Positions 48,423-60,646 are shown, numbered from the stretch's first letter. The stretch is DNA of 64,000 nucleotides from Heterodontus francisci (GCF_036365525.1 NC_090388.1:26738662-26802661); one strand, 5' to 3'. The notes: a model not told the origin generated them from the sequence alone. Translations and numbers: made by a program.

Positions 48423-48973
48423 ATTTTCTCCATATTCAATTGTATGATTAGAATGACTCCTAATGCGTACGTGCCACATCAGTGGTGTTCATGAGTCACC
48501 ATTGCACGAAGTGCTTTTCCATGTGGGTGTACTGCTTTCTCCCCCCCGGCAGCAACACTTAGTGATGTCACAGTGGGCTGTTATATTAACATCAGTGAAT
48601 TAATCATCAGTACTTTAATTAGGGTAAAAAGATTTGTTTCTTTATTTTACTGATGTCATTATATCACGCACACAGGAAATTAATTGCTAGTTTGTAATGC
48701 CTTTTGGAAATCTACTTGTGAGTCAGTGTTTTGTGTTGAGAAGCAACTGATGTTCAGCAAACACAGAACCAACAGGCAGAAGCACGATACCAGTGGCTGG
48801 CACACAGAAGATGTTTTTATGTTATTGATTTAATTGCTAGCTGTGAATGTCTCAGATTCGGAATCTTTTTGTGCAACTACAAAAAATATTATCTCTAACT
48901 CACTCAGCAGCAGCTCTGTTGTGTTGCTGATCTTTGAAAGAAAGTTCAATCTAAATATGTTTAATTTTAACAG

Positions 48974-49081
48974 ATTGTAACTGCAATAGATGAGAAAACC
49001 ATTGAGGTCATTAAACAATATGGCAATGACAGCTTTTCAAAAGAATGCAGATGGAACCTTTTGGATGCCATACAGAAAGAA
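48974..49081 (+). CDS. TSPAN19: Tetraspanin coding exon 5: IVTAIDEKTIEVIKQYGNDSFSKECRWNLLDAIQKE
   Basis: aacag / gtaagt, 108 nt, EC2 helices with Y..W..D..Q pattern. Confidence 0.92.
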
Positions 49082-50462
49082 GTAAGTTTACAAAAAACAA
49101 ACACACAAACAGTAATAATTGAAATGTTATAACTGGCAGCGTCATTCCCTTTGTCATAGTTATTACCATTCTTGATTACTTTGAAGAATCATGCACTGGT
49201 AATGTTACCCAAACTTCATGAACAAGCAGTCTGCAAAAAAGTCCAGGCCACTTTGATGTTCATTCGAGTAGCAGCCCATGCTCACAACATATCACAATAC
49301 AGCTTGCATCTATTGCATATCATTCATCCTTCCAATGCTATTCACACTTGATAGCTCTCTACCCAGCACCTTTCTTCCATACCCCCGTTTCTACCTGTAG
49401 TTTTCAAGCACACAGATTGCCCCTTGTATTCTGATGTGGTGAACAGCCTTACTTGCCATCACTTATCAAGCTTGGCCAAGTTCAGGAGAGGGCTATTCAG
49501 ACTGGCTTCTTTTCCCTTGGCTGCAGGTCCCTCAAGGCTCAAGTTCCAAGACTGCACTTAGAATTCTCTATGTGCTTATTCCAGGGATCTTCCTCATGGT
49601 TTTCTCCTACTTACCTCAAGGTCTATTTGCATTGAGCTCTGACTCTGGTGGCCCTTAAACTCAGTTTCCATGGCTCCATGAGGAAAGAGATTTTTCTAAT
49701 CCGACCTGCACAGGACCCTAATTTGTATATGTTTCAGGAGGGCATGTGCTTGCCCATTTACAGGCTTACCTGAAAATTAGAGGGGCAAGGGCCTGAAGTT
49801 TGAAGGGGACCAACAGCAGTTTTAGATTCCTTTCTCCCACAACAATTTAGACTCTATTTACACCCGAATCGGCCATATTTCAGCAACCCTTTTTGCTTCA
49901 AAACCCATTCCCAAGTCCTGCTGGACCACAGTATCTCTCTCCTCAGACTTCCTCCCGTCCCCACTCCGAGATCCCCTGACTCCCTCCCATTAATCTCATT
50001 TCTCACAAGTCCTTAGACCACATGCCCAGTGACTCTGGATCCCATTAGAGCCCCCAAATGCTCCCAGACCTTGAACACCTTCATCTCCTAGGTCCCAGCA
50101 TCCTCTCCCAGTGTTCCCAGTATGCAAGCCTACCCCATCCCAACCTGCCTCTCCCATGTTTCTGGAACTTTGTGAACCCCTCCCAATGCCCCAAACCCTG
50201 GAAACCCATCTCAAAATATTACTGGACCCTACTATTCCATCGCAGTGCTGTCAGTTCCTAAGGTCACCCCCAATGCAGATAAGTCTGTGTCCCTGGTAAT
50301 AGCACTTTGCATAATACTTCTGTTCTTAGACATCATCAAATGCACAGTGAGCAGCACTACAGGAGGTCCACTATAAAAATAAATATAGTGGTTGCAGAAA
50401 TAAAAACAAGAAATGCTGGAACCACTCAGCAGGTCTGGCAGCATCTGTGGAAAGAGAAGCAG

Positions 50463-50500
50463 AGTTAACGTTTCGGGTCAGTGACCCTTCTTCGGAACTG
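50463..50500 (-). ncRNA. Minimal type-I hammerhead ribozyme-like motif of Penelope
   Basis: rc: caguu-CCGAAGA-a-GGGUC acu GACCC-GAAAC-GUUA-acu, with palindromic stem III (AACGUU). Related copies at 21535-21570 (+), 23806-23839 (-) and 57790-57830 (+). Confidence 0.7.
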
Positions 50501-50851
50501 ACAAATATTAAAATTGTCACAGGTTATAAGCAAGTGAGGTGGGGGTGGAGCAAGAGATAACAAAGGAGAAGGTGTAGATTGGACAAGGCCACATAGCTGA
50601 CCAAAAGGTCATGGAGCAAAGCCAAACAATATGTTAATGGTGTGTTGATAGACAAAGCATTAGTACAGAAAAGGTGTTAACAGACTGAATATTGAACAGC
50701 AGCAAGTGCAAACATGAAAAAAACAGTGGGTAAGCAAACTGAACAAACTAAGATGAAATGAAATAAATACAAAAAAAGTTTGTAAAAAATGTAAAAAAGA
50801 AAAAAAGAAAAAAGAAAAAACAACTAAAAATGAAAGTAAAATGGAGGGCTG

Positions 50852-53122
50852 TCATGCTCTGAAATTATTGAACTCAATGTTCAGTCCGGCAGGTTGTAGT
50901 GTGCCTAATCGGTAGATGAGATGCTGTTCCTCGAGCTTGCGTTGACGTTCACTGGAACACTGCAGCAATCCCAGGACAGAGATGTGAGCATGAGAGCAGG
51001 GGGGAGTGTTGAAATGGTAAGCAACTGTAAGCTCAGGGTCCTGCTTGCGGACTGAGCAGAGGTGTTACGCAAAGCGGTCACCCAGTCTGCGCTTGGTCTC
51101 CCCAATGTTGAGGAGACCACATTGTGAGCAGCGAATACAGTATACTACATTGAAAGAAGTACAAGTAAATCGCTGCTTCACCTGAAAGGAGTGTTTGGGG
51201 CCTGGGATAGTGAGGACAGAGGAGGTAAATGGGCAGGTATTACAACTCCTGCGATTGCAGGGGAAGGTGCCATGGGACGGGAACGAGGTGGTGGGGGTAA
51301 TGGAGGAGTGGACCAGGGTGTTGCGGAGGGAACGATCCCTTCGGAATGCTGACAGGGGAAGGGAGCGGAAGATGCGTTTGGTAGTGACATCACGCTGGAG
51401 GTGGTGGAAATGGAGGAGGATGATCCTTTGGATATGGAGGCTGATGGGGTGGAAAGTGAGGACAAGGGGAACCCTATCACGGTTCTGGGAGGGAGGGGAA
51501 GTGTTAAGGGCAGAGGTACGGGAAATGGGCTGGAAACAGTTGAGGGCCCTGTCAACAACAGTGGGGGGGAATCCTTGGTTGAGGAAAAAGGTCATACCAG
51601 AAGCACCGTCATGGAAGGTAGCATCATCAGAGCAGATGCGTCGAAGACGGAGAAACTGGGAGAATGGAATGGAGTCCTTACAGGAGGTAGGGTGTGAAGA
51701 AGTGTAGTCGAGGTAGCTGTGGGAGTCGGTGGGCTTATAATGGATATTAGTAGACAACCTATCCCCAGAGATGGAGACAGTGAAGTCGAGGAAGGGAAGG
51801 GAAGTGTCAGAGATGGACCATGTAAAGGTGAGAGAAGGGTGGAAATTGGAAGCAAAGTTGATAAAGTTTTCCAATTTGGGGCGGGAGCAGCAAACGGCAC
51901 CGATACAGTCATCAATGTACCGGAAAAAGAGTTGGGGGAGGGGGCCTGAGTAGGACTGGAACAAAGAATGCTCGACATATCCCACAAAAAGACAGGCATA
52001 ACTAGGACCCATGCGGGTACCCATAGCGACACCTTTTACTTGAAGGAAATGCGTGGAGTTGAAGGAGAAGTTGTTCAATGTGAGAACAAGTTCAGCCAGG
52101 TGGAGGAGGGTGGTGGTGGATGGGGACTGGTTGGACCTTTGTTCCAGGAAGAAGCGGAGAGCCCTCAAACTATCCTGGTGGGGGATGGAGGTGTAGAGCG
52201 ATTGGACGTCCATAGTGAATAGGAGGCGGTTGGGACCAGGAAACTGGAAATTGTCAAAATGACGTAGGGTATCAGAAGAGTCACGGATGTAGGTGGGACG
52301 AGACTGGACCAGCGGAGAAAAGATAGAGTCAAGATAGGAAGAAATAAGTTCAGTGGGGCAGGAGCAGGCTGACACAATGGGTCTGCCGGGACAGTCCCGT
52401 TTGTGGATTTTGGGAAGGAGGTAGAAGCGGGCTGTCCGGGGTTGCGGGACTATGAGGTTGGAAGCTGTAGGGGGAAGATCTCTCGAGGAGATGAGGTCAG
52501 TGACAGTCCTTTGGATGGTGGCTTGATGTTCGTTGGTGGGGTCATGGTCCAAAGGGAGGTAGGAAGAAGTGTCTGTGAGTTGGCGTTGAGCTTCTGCAAG
52601 GTAGAGGTCGGTACGCCATACAACAACAGCACCACTCTTGTCTGCAGCTTTGATGACCATGTCAGGGTTAGACCTGAGAGAACGGAGTGCCTCAAGTTCA
52701 GAGGGGGACAGGTTAGAGTGAGTGAGGGGGTAAGAGAAATTGAGATGACCAATGTCTCGCCGACAGTTTTCAATGAAGAGATCAAGAGTGGGTAAGTGGC
52801 CAGGGGGAGGGGTCCAGGTAGAGGGAGAATGCTGGAGGCGGGTGAATGGGTCTGCTGGTCGGGAGGAGGACTCCTGGTCAAAGAAGTGAGCCCGGAGGCG
52901 GAGGCGACAGAAGAAGAGCTCAACGTCATGCCGAGCGCGAAATTCATTGAGGTGGGGGCGTAAGGGAATAAAACTGAGACCTTTGCTGAGCACAGAACAT
53001 TCAGCATCAGAGAAGGGGAGGTCAGAGGGTATAGTGAATACATGGCAAGGGGTCAGTTCAGAAGGGGTGGGGTCAGAGGGAAGTGGAGCAGAAGGAGGAT
53101 CTGGAGGAGCATTCGTCCCCAT
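50852..53122 (-). pseudogene. Penelope RT + GIY-YIG endonuclease ORF with one premature stop (51065-51067)
   Basis: ADK.G, LPKIHK..PGRPIVS, DV.SLYT, G.AMG, RYIDD, FLD, VVY..C..C..NIGET..R motifs. The frame continues after TAA as HLCSV..HFN..H..LE..LI..L.T..P.GLN to TGA at 50854-50852. Confidence 0.92.
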
Positions 53123-53438
53123 CAGCTGCTGGAGCTTGCGTTCCTTGACACCTGAAAGGAAGAAAAAAAGTTATTTGTTAATGCGTCGGCTGAGACGAAA
53201 GATGAAATGAAACTGCGGAGTAGAACAGCTTTGAGATAAGGTGAGGCGGTGCTGCTGGAGAGAGAGGTCCAGTGTGTGCATGTGGCGGCGCCTAGCACTG
53301 AGTGTGGATCTCAAGATGCGGCGAGAGTAGCAGTCTGAGGAACATTGTATTTCTCGGAGATACCTGTAGTCCTGGGTGGATTCAAAGCATGATAGTGGTT
53401 TCTGACTCTTTTCAAATATTATTTGTTTTATATCCTAG

Positions 53439-53591
53439 TTTCAATGTTGTGGATATCACAATTCCACAGATTGGGAACAGAATGAACTGATTTTATCATC
53501 AAAGACTCTGCCTTGCTCATGTAGCAATTATACTGTAGCTGATTCTACTTATCTCTGTATTGTCACAGAGAGCAGCTACATATACCCAGAG
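53439..53591 (+). CDS. TSPAN19: Tetraspanin coding exon 6: FQCCGYHNSTDWEQNELILSSKTLPCSCSNYTVADSTYLCIVTESSYIYPE
   Basis: cctag / GAG|gtaagg, 153 nt, CCG, DW and PCSC hallmark motifs. Confidence 0.96.
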
Positions 53592-54044
53592 GTAAGGTAC
53601 TAAAACAGTTTCATTTTCTTCATAAATATCAACTGGAGTGAAAAATAGTATATTTGCATATTTTAAATATGAAATCAACATATATCATATGTAGTCCAGT
53701 TCAAGGCCTGAAAAGATTTCAACTGCTTGGGCTCTTCCCCCTTTAAGCTTGTCCCCTTTTCATGTCTTGTTGGGATGACTGTTGCTTCTTCCACCATGGC
53801 AGTGGTGGGCTCTTTCTTGGTTGTGGGTATCCTTCTGGGAGCCCACTCTGCAGAGGTAAAAATTCCCAACCCAGAAAAATGTGGTCAGAATCATGGTGGG
53901 GTTGGAGTGGTGGACAAGAGTCCTGCCTCGCCTCTTCCTTCACAGGGAGGAGGAAAATCCTGCCCTGTTTGCTGCCCTCCAAGGCTCATTGTAGGTACCC
54001 ATGAAGATAAAAAAACATGTACACCCATACTTTACTGTATTTAA

Positions 54045-55145
54045 AAAAAATTCTTTCCTGGGCTATGGTTATCACTGGCAAGGCCAGCATGTATTGCCCA
54101 TCCCTAATTGCTCTTGAGAAGGTTGTGGTGAGCTGCCTTCTGAACCGCTGCAGTCCACCGTGCTGTTAGGGAGGGAGTTCCAGAATTTTGATGCAGCGAC
54201 AGTGAAGGAACGGCGATATACTTCCAAGGCAGGATGGTGTGTTGGAGGGGAACTTGCAGGTGGTGGTGTTTCCGTGTATCTTGTCCTTCTAGGTGGTAGA
54301 GGTCACGGATTTGGAAGGTTGTTGCAGTGCAGCTTGTATATGATACGCACTGCTGCTGCTGTGTATAGGTGGTGGAGGGAGTGAATGTTTAAGTTGCTGG
54401 ATGGGGTGTCGATCAAGCGGACTGCTTTGTCCTGAATGATGTTGAGCTTCTTGCATGTTGTTGGAGCCACACTCATCCAGGCAAGTGGAGAGTATTCCAT
54501 CACATTCCTGACTTGTGCCTTGTAGATAGTGGATAGGCTTTGCGGAGTCAGGGGGTGAATTACTCGCCGCAGCCTCTGAACTGCTCTTGTGGCCACAGAA
54601 TTTCTATGGCTGGTCCAGTTCAGTTTCTAGTCAATGGTAACCTCCAGGATGTTGATAGTGGGGGATTCAGTGATAATAATGCCATTGAATGTCAAGGGGA
54701 GATGATTAGATTCTCTCTTGTTGGAGATGGTCACTTGTGTGTCATGAATATTACCTGCCACTTATCAGCCCAAGCCTGAATATTGTCCAGTTCTCACTGC
54801 AGTATCTGAGGAGTTGCAAATGGTACTGAACATTCTGCAATTATTAGCGAACATCCTGACTTCTGACCTTATGATGAGGGAAGGTCATTGATGAAGCAGC
54901 TAAAGATGTTTGGGCCTACTACACTACCCTGCGAAACACCTGCAGCAATGTCCTGGGACTGTGATGATTGGCCTTCAATAACTACAACCATCTTCCTTTG
55001 AGGTAGGTATGACTCCAACCAGTGGAGATTTTCCCCCTGATTCCCATTGACTTCATTTTTGCTAGGGCTCCTTGATCTCACACTCGGTCAAATGCTGCCT
55101 TGATGACAAGGGCAGTCACTCCAATCATCTCCCCTCTCGAGTTCA
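54045..55145 (-). mobile_element. 5'-truncated CR1-group LINE (family of 10172)
   Basis: LTPQSLSTIYKAQVRNVMEYSPLAWM and GVSQGSVVGP. Family 3' tail. Confidence 0.88.
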
Positions 55146-55267
55146 GCTTGTACTGGCAAATAAATACATTTTGTAAAAGAAAAACGTCAAATTTACAATT
55201 CTCAACTGTAAAATCTTTATGATACAATTGGCCATTTGAGGATTACCCCACACTAAAGTAAGATATT

Positions 55268-55515
55268 AACATAAGAAATAGGAGCAAGAGTAAGCTAGTT
55301 GGCTCCTCAAGCCTGTTCAAAAGAGTTCAAAAATCTATAGATGTCAGCTTTGAATATACTCAATGATTGAGCATCTGCAGCTCCCTCGGGTAGAGAATTC
55401 TAAAGAATCACAAATATCTGAGGGAAGAAATTTCTCTTCATCTCAGTCCTAAATGACCTGACTCTATGACCGCTTGTTCAAGACCCCCTAGTTCTCCTGT
55501 CCAGGGGTGATTTGA
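55268..55515 (-). mobile_element. Decayed CR1 3' fragment
   Basis: aacataagaaataggagc..ggtagagaattc..gaagaaatttct..catctcagtcctaaatg, as at 30520-30590. Confidence 0.7.
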
Positions 55516-56101
55516 AATCGCCATATGGAGTGGACAGGTAAAGAACTGAATAGTAAGAACATGGAAAATGAAGAAAGACAATTCTCTGAATGCAGTGGGA
55601 TGTAACTGTTGTGTTAACACGTATTAACTATTAACACCTATATTTAAAGAAAAAACTATCCCTTGCACTGGAACTGCCAGAAATAGCCTGCTTTGATAAT
55701 TCTGCTGTAGGAAATTATATTGTCATTAAATTATATTGAGAAATGTATACTGTGGCTGTGCTCTATTTGTTGCAGCACAAACGTTTATGACATTGTTTTT
55801 GGATTTACATCTTACTTTTTATTCAAACTACTTTAAAATTAATTTATAATGCAGATTTGATTTATCATGTGATTTCACCATTTCTTCCTTCTCTCTAGAC
55901 AAACATGGCAATGTGTGTTCTGAAATATGGCAACATTTTCCTTTGAAATGTTAATAAACTTTTGGCAACAAGATTTTCTTGGGTCCGATGGTGACTCAGT
56001 TCAAGCACTTCTGAATGCTCACATCAACATTGTTTTCTGTTAAATCTAGAAGGCTAATATTGGTGTATTGAGTCAGCCATGCAGATTAAAATCAGTCTGT
56101 C

Positions 56102-56137
56102 TTTAGGTGGAGCCAGGTGTTTAGGTGGAGCCAGGTC
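56102..56137. repeat. 18-bp tandem duplication tttaggtggagccaggt(g/c)
   Basis: Directly visible, 2 copies. Confidence 0.85.
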
Positions 56138-56463
56138 ATAACATGTTCTTGAGCTTCAGATTGGGAGAGAGAGTGCATGGGAGCTAACCAGGAGGCCAGT
56201 GCTCTGATTTTCCTCTCTCATTATAGGGAATTTCCTAGCCTCTGTTTGCCACTCAAGCACAGTCAAGATTTGGGAAGTAGCCATGTGTGAAACTTGGAGC
56301 AGGTTAATCAAGATAATAAATATGAAATATTTCATTTTTTGGATGTTAGGTGGTAATTTCCAAGACTTTTTAAACTTCCATTTTACGGTTGGATTGATTG
56401 TTTTAAACATATAAATGGGCATTGCAGTATATAGCATAACCAATTACACAACTTATCTTACAG

Positions 56464-56547
56464 GGCTGCAGCACAGAAATAAAACAATGGCTCAGTAACA
56501 ACATTTTGACTCTTCTCGGAGCTGCTGTTGTTCTCCTCATAATACAG
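56464..56547 (+). CDS. TSPAN19: Tetraspanin coding exon 7: GCSTEIKQWLSNNILTLLGAAVVLLIIQ
   Basis: tacag / CAG|gtaaat, 84 nt, (E)GC...W...N motif then TM4. Confidence 0.95.
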
Positions 56548-56959
56548 GTAAATTAAATCATTTTACATTCAAATGTCTGGACCGGTACTTAAGTTAATAT
56601 AACTATAAATTCATATCAATAAAATGTCAACATGTTGCTCAGTGAAGGAAATACCTCTGACATGAAATAAACGCTATATAAACCCTCTCTTGGCCACTCA
56701 ATTTCCAACATCACTTCCCTTGTTTCTGGTATCATTACAAATGTTAAGTAACTAAAAACTCACTTCAATTCAATAACAGGTAAAAATAAGTATTAATAAA
56801 TTTCTTTGGTTCTGTGTTTGACAAATTCAGTACAAGTGCTGAAGGACTGCCTGTGTTTGTGGTGGTGTAGCGGGCATTTTGAGCTAGTTTTGAGTAGGAA
56901 TATTTAATAACAAAATGACTATTTATATTACCAGTAGATAAATACAGCATATTAGTATG

Positions 56960-57245
56960 GCACGAACTCGTACAGGCTGAAAATGCCCCATGTTTTGATG
57001 CTGTGTCTGTTCTGAGTAATCAAATATCAGCTAAGGTCGCAATGAAGGCCTTCAATTGGCCATAATTCCCACGGCTAGGGAAGGGTAAAATTAGATACCG
57101 TCCCCATTCCTGATTGCCATCAGCAGCCCTGCACAGAAAGCACATCTATGGATGTGATATGAAGCCAGGCTCAGCTGCGATCGAGCCTATTGTTAAATAA
57201 GCCTTTGGCATCATTGCTGGGCATTGTGCAAGAAGATTCAGTGAA
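56960..57245 (+). mobile_element. Deu-domain SINE (decayed)
   Basis: tctgttctgagt..atcagct..caattggcc..ggctagggaagggtaaaatt..cctgattgccatc..aaagc..tggatgt..ggctcagctgcgat matches the Deu core and the 27405-27690 copy. Confidence 0.7.
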
Positions 57246-57699
57246 GGAGTGAATGTTTGCTTGGCAGTTAATTGGAAGTTGTGGAGAATTGTATTCTGTT
57301 TGATTTGGTTTCAGTGGACTCATTGTGAAGGACAAAAGGGATCTGTTCACTTCGTAGTTTGAGGACAAAGGACTAGAGAGTGAGAGAATTGGCTTACTTG
57401 TCACTTATATGAATGAAGAGTAAAGGATGAAAAAGGTCTATTTCTTTAGTTATTTATTGAGAGGGGATTATTTGTTCATTTATTCATGGAGAAAGGACCA
57501 GAAGTGTGAGTATAAGAGGTATAGATGAGTTGACTATTGTAGTTAGCACTCACTGCTGATGTGAGCCTTGTTGGACTGCTTTCCTGTTCAATTTACTTTC
57601 ATCACGTAAAACACAGACATCAGTTTGTAACAACTGCAGATTCAGATCTTTGTATTTAATGAGCTCATGTTACATAATCCAACATGAGTACTCAGTCAA

Positions 57700-57925
57700 A
57701 TCCTCTCTATCACAGAACTTCCCTTTTGTTCTTCTTCCCCCTCCCCCCCTTTCACTTCCTCAAAACCTACTATATTTCTAACCAATTGCCAGTTCTGATG
57801 AAAGGTCATCGACCTAAAACGGTAACACTGCTTTTCTGTCCACAGATGCTGTCTGACCTGCTGAGTATTTCCAGCATTTTCTGTTTTTGTTTCAGATTTC
57901 TAGCATCTTTCATATTTTGCTTTTG
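57700..57925 (+). mobile_element. Penelope 3' terminal fragment with hammerhead-like core
   Basis: agttCTGATGAaAGGTCatcGACCTaaaac..ccacagatgctg..gacctgctgagtatttccagcatt. Confidence 0.8.
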
Positions 57926-59386
57926 TATTAATGGTTCACTCAGAACACTTATATCAATTCTACCTTTTGATCTCTACATTCCATGCGTACTAACACTAAA
58001 TAACAATACATTAAAAGACACACAATGCAACCAGCTGATAATTTGGAGCCAAGAGATACACTTATGTACATCCCAATCTCTCCCATTGATTTAGTTACCA
58101 TGATTATATGGTCCACTTAAGTTCTTGAATAACTTTATTACTATAAACAGTAACCAAACCAACATGTCCTAGACCCTTAAGACATGGATGAATGACCTTT
58201 CTTCAACTAGGCCTGCTTCACAAAGCATCCCTGTTCAGCAAAACAGAAAGCTGTTTTAGCTCATTGTGTGCTGATTCCAGAAACAAGCTACATGGACAAT
58301 GTAAACCCACATTCCCACAAGCCTCATCACAGTTGTCTGATTTTTTAAATGATTGACAGTTGCACACAGGACATTAGTTCCTCACATAGTTTTAATAAAA
58401 TAATTTTTCTATGCTTCTATAGAAATAATAAATTCTACCTATTCAAAAGGAAGAAACTTATTACAAATACCAACTACAGGAAATCTTCTTGAATGCATTT
58501 AAGTCAGCCAATACATTAAGACCACAACAGTTCTTCTCCATGTGTTTGGTAAATAGAAATGCATTTTTATCTTGGAAAATTACATTAAGTGAGAACTGAT
58601 CTTACTTAATTTGATTTAAAATGGGCCAGAATATACAATAGAAGCAAAAAGCGATGACTCGTCTGTGTTTGATTACTGTTAAAATATTTTGAATGCACTA
58701 TGAAAAGAGAGTCTCAGGTTAAGTTACATCCAGGCACAGATATGCACCACAGAGATAAATATTCTAGCACTGCACTTGTTTTGTGTAATGAATTTTTCTA
58801 TCAGTCACTTATGCCTGTGGAGAGAATAAGTCAGTTGGTGTGCACTGGGGTAAATTCTGATCTTCTGTGTTTTGTCCCCACTCTGTCCACTAATGTTCTT
58901 CACAGGGATTGTTGAAGATAAATTCCAATCTGTAAATATTGAAGTAGGTCCCCATCAGAGACAGTGAAGTGTTGCTATGTAATACAGAAGACTTAAGGCA
59001 AACACCAACCCACTCAGTGAACTAGTGTGTGTGACGCAGAGAACCTCAAATAGTTAGAAGTCTAGAAATGACTGTTGCTGATATTAGCTGGCATACTTAA
59101 TATATTGGTATGTTATTCCTCTGTTAGCTTCTTTAACCCATGTGCTATCTTTGTTTCAAACCCATGAACACCTCTGCTAAAATAGTTGATCAAGGAATGT
59201 CATCTGCTAATATCACCAATAATCATTTGTCAATTGTTACTGTCATTGGAAACTTAGCAAAGGAAATGCTGGAGCTCAGAAATGTTACTAAAATTCAAAA
59301 GAAAACAGTTCAAAAGATCTACTTGAGTTAAATCTACTCTACTTGAGTTTGGTCAGCTATTGTTTAAACTGCTTGTCTCTTCCTAG

Positions 59387-59449
59387 GTATTGCAGTTCAT
59401 CATGGCTATGTATCTGTTGAAGTACATCAAGAAAAAAAGCATGATTTAA
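59387..59449 (+). CDS. TSPAN19: Tetraspanin last coding exon: VLQFIMAMYLLKYIKKKSMI*
   Basis: tcctag acceptor, end of TM4, short basic tail, TAA. The joined CDS is 756 nt with no internal stop. Confidence 0.88.
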   Translation, partial: VLQFIMAMYLLKYIKKKSMI

Positions 59450-60646
59450 AAGAGAGACAAACCAAAAGAGAGACTAAACCAAAATCATTTCTTTCATCTT
59501 TAAATGTGAATCATACACTTCTTTTTGGTCAGAACCAATTCTAATGTTGCCTTGGTTGGTTTGTAACATCATGAAATGCAAAATTTCTTTTTACAAAATT
59601 ATACATTATCATGATTATTATGTTCTCTGAATTTGACTTAGTGCACCCTATTTTAATAGTGTGTAAGGTCTGTGACTCCTAATTAATCCTATAATATAAT
59701 TGAGTAACAAGGTAAATACCTAAGTGTACAGGCAATATTCTGACAGAATTCTTGTATAAAACAAAATGAAAAGGATGCATATGGATTTTGCAAATGTATT
59801 TTACCAAATCATATTTTAAATTCAAAAGAAATCTTGCACTGTTCCAATATTGATTAATTCATCACATTTTCATTTTATAAACATTCCAATGAATTTTGCA
59901 TCTGCAATGACAAGGGTGTGGGGTGATGTCATTTTAAAAAATAAATAACCAGATTCTGAAATCCTTGTTGCTGAAAGTTAACCTACTTGCACAATCTTTT
60001 TCAAAATGATTAAGCTATACTGGTATTGCTATGCTGCTTAGAGGAACTTGTCTCGAGTAGTCAGATATCTCCAGAGAAACAATCCTTTAGAACACTAAAC
60101 AGCACCAACATCAGAAAATGGGAAAATTAAGCAAAGCTGTAACCCATTAGTGAGCAGGAAGTTTAATGTGGAAATCTCACCACAGGCCTACAATTATGGA
60201 AAATATAAACTAGTCTCTGAACTATTACAGACTGCAATATTGACATTGTGAAAATTAGTGTCCAATGCAAAAGAAAGTCCAAAACCAACAATGTATAACA
60301 TATATCATTTCTGTATATCTCTGTCCATTTGTTACTTTATGTACTACCTTTTTTGTAAAATGTTGATCACCTTCATATTCTGGTGATTAAACAGACGTGC
60401 AGGCCAATTTATAATGAATGCACTGAATATACTATCCGATGTTAGAAATGTGAAATTATTTTTAATATCCTGGAAATGTATCCTCCCACTATGTAACATT
60501 ATTGTCCTGTAAATATTAAAAGGAAAATCAAAATATTGGACACATTTTGTAGCTATCATGTAAATATACATCAGCTTCTGAGAAGTATTTCAGCTGCTCT
60601 GGCCTGAAAAATATGCAATAGATTGATTTTAGGAAGCTCTATAAGC

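Larger units (their letters stand above)
50394..53391 (-). mobile_element. Penelope-like retroelement, 5'-truncated, 9-bp TSD ATAGTGGTT
   Basis: TSD at 50385-50393 and 53392-53400. Long RT-GIY-YIG ORF. Hammerhead-like motif in the terminal repeat. Confidence 0.93.

Noticed and set aside
51178-53210. Overlapping alternative-frame and antisense ORFs in the Penelope element
   Set aside because: By-products of the C-rich codon bias of the main ORF, with no independent motifs.
56226-56235. Perfect NF-kB site GGGAATTTCC
   Set aside because: Isolated and within probable old repeat sequence. No supporting motif cluster.
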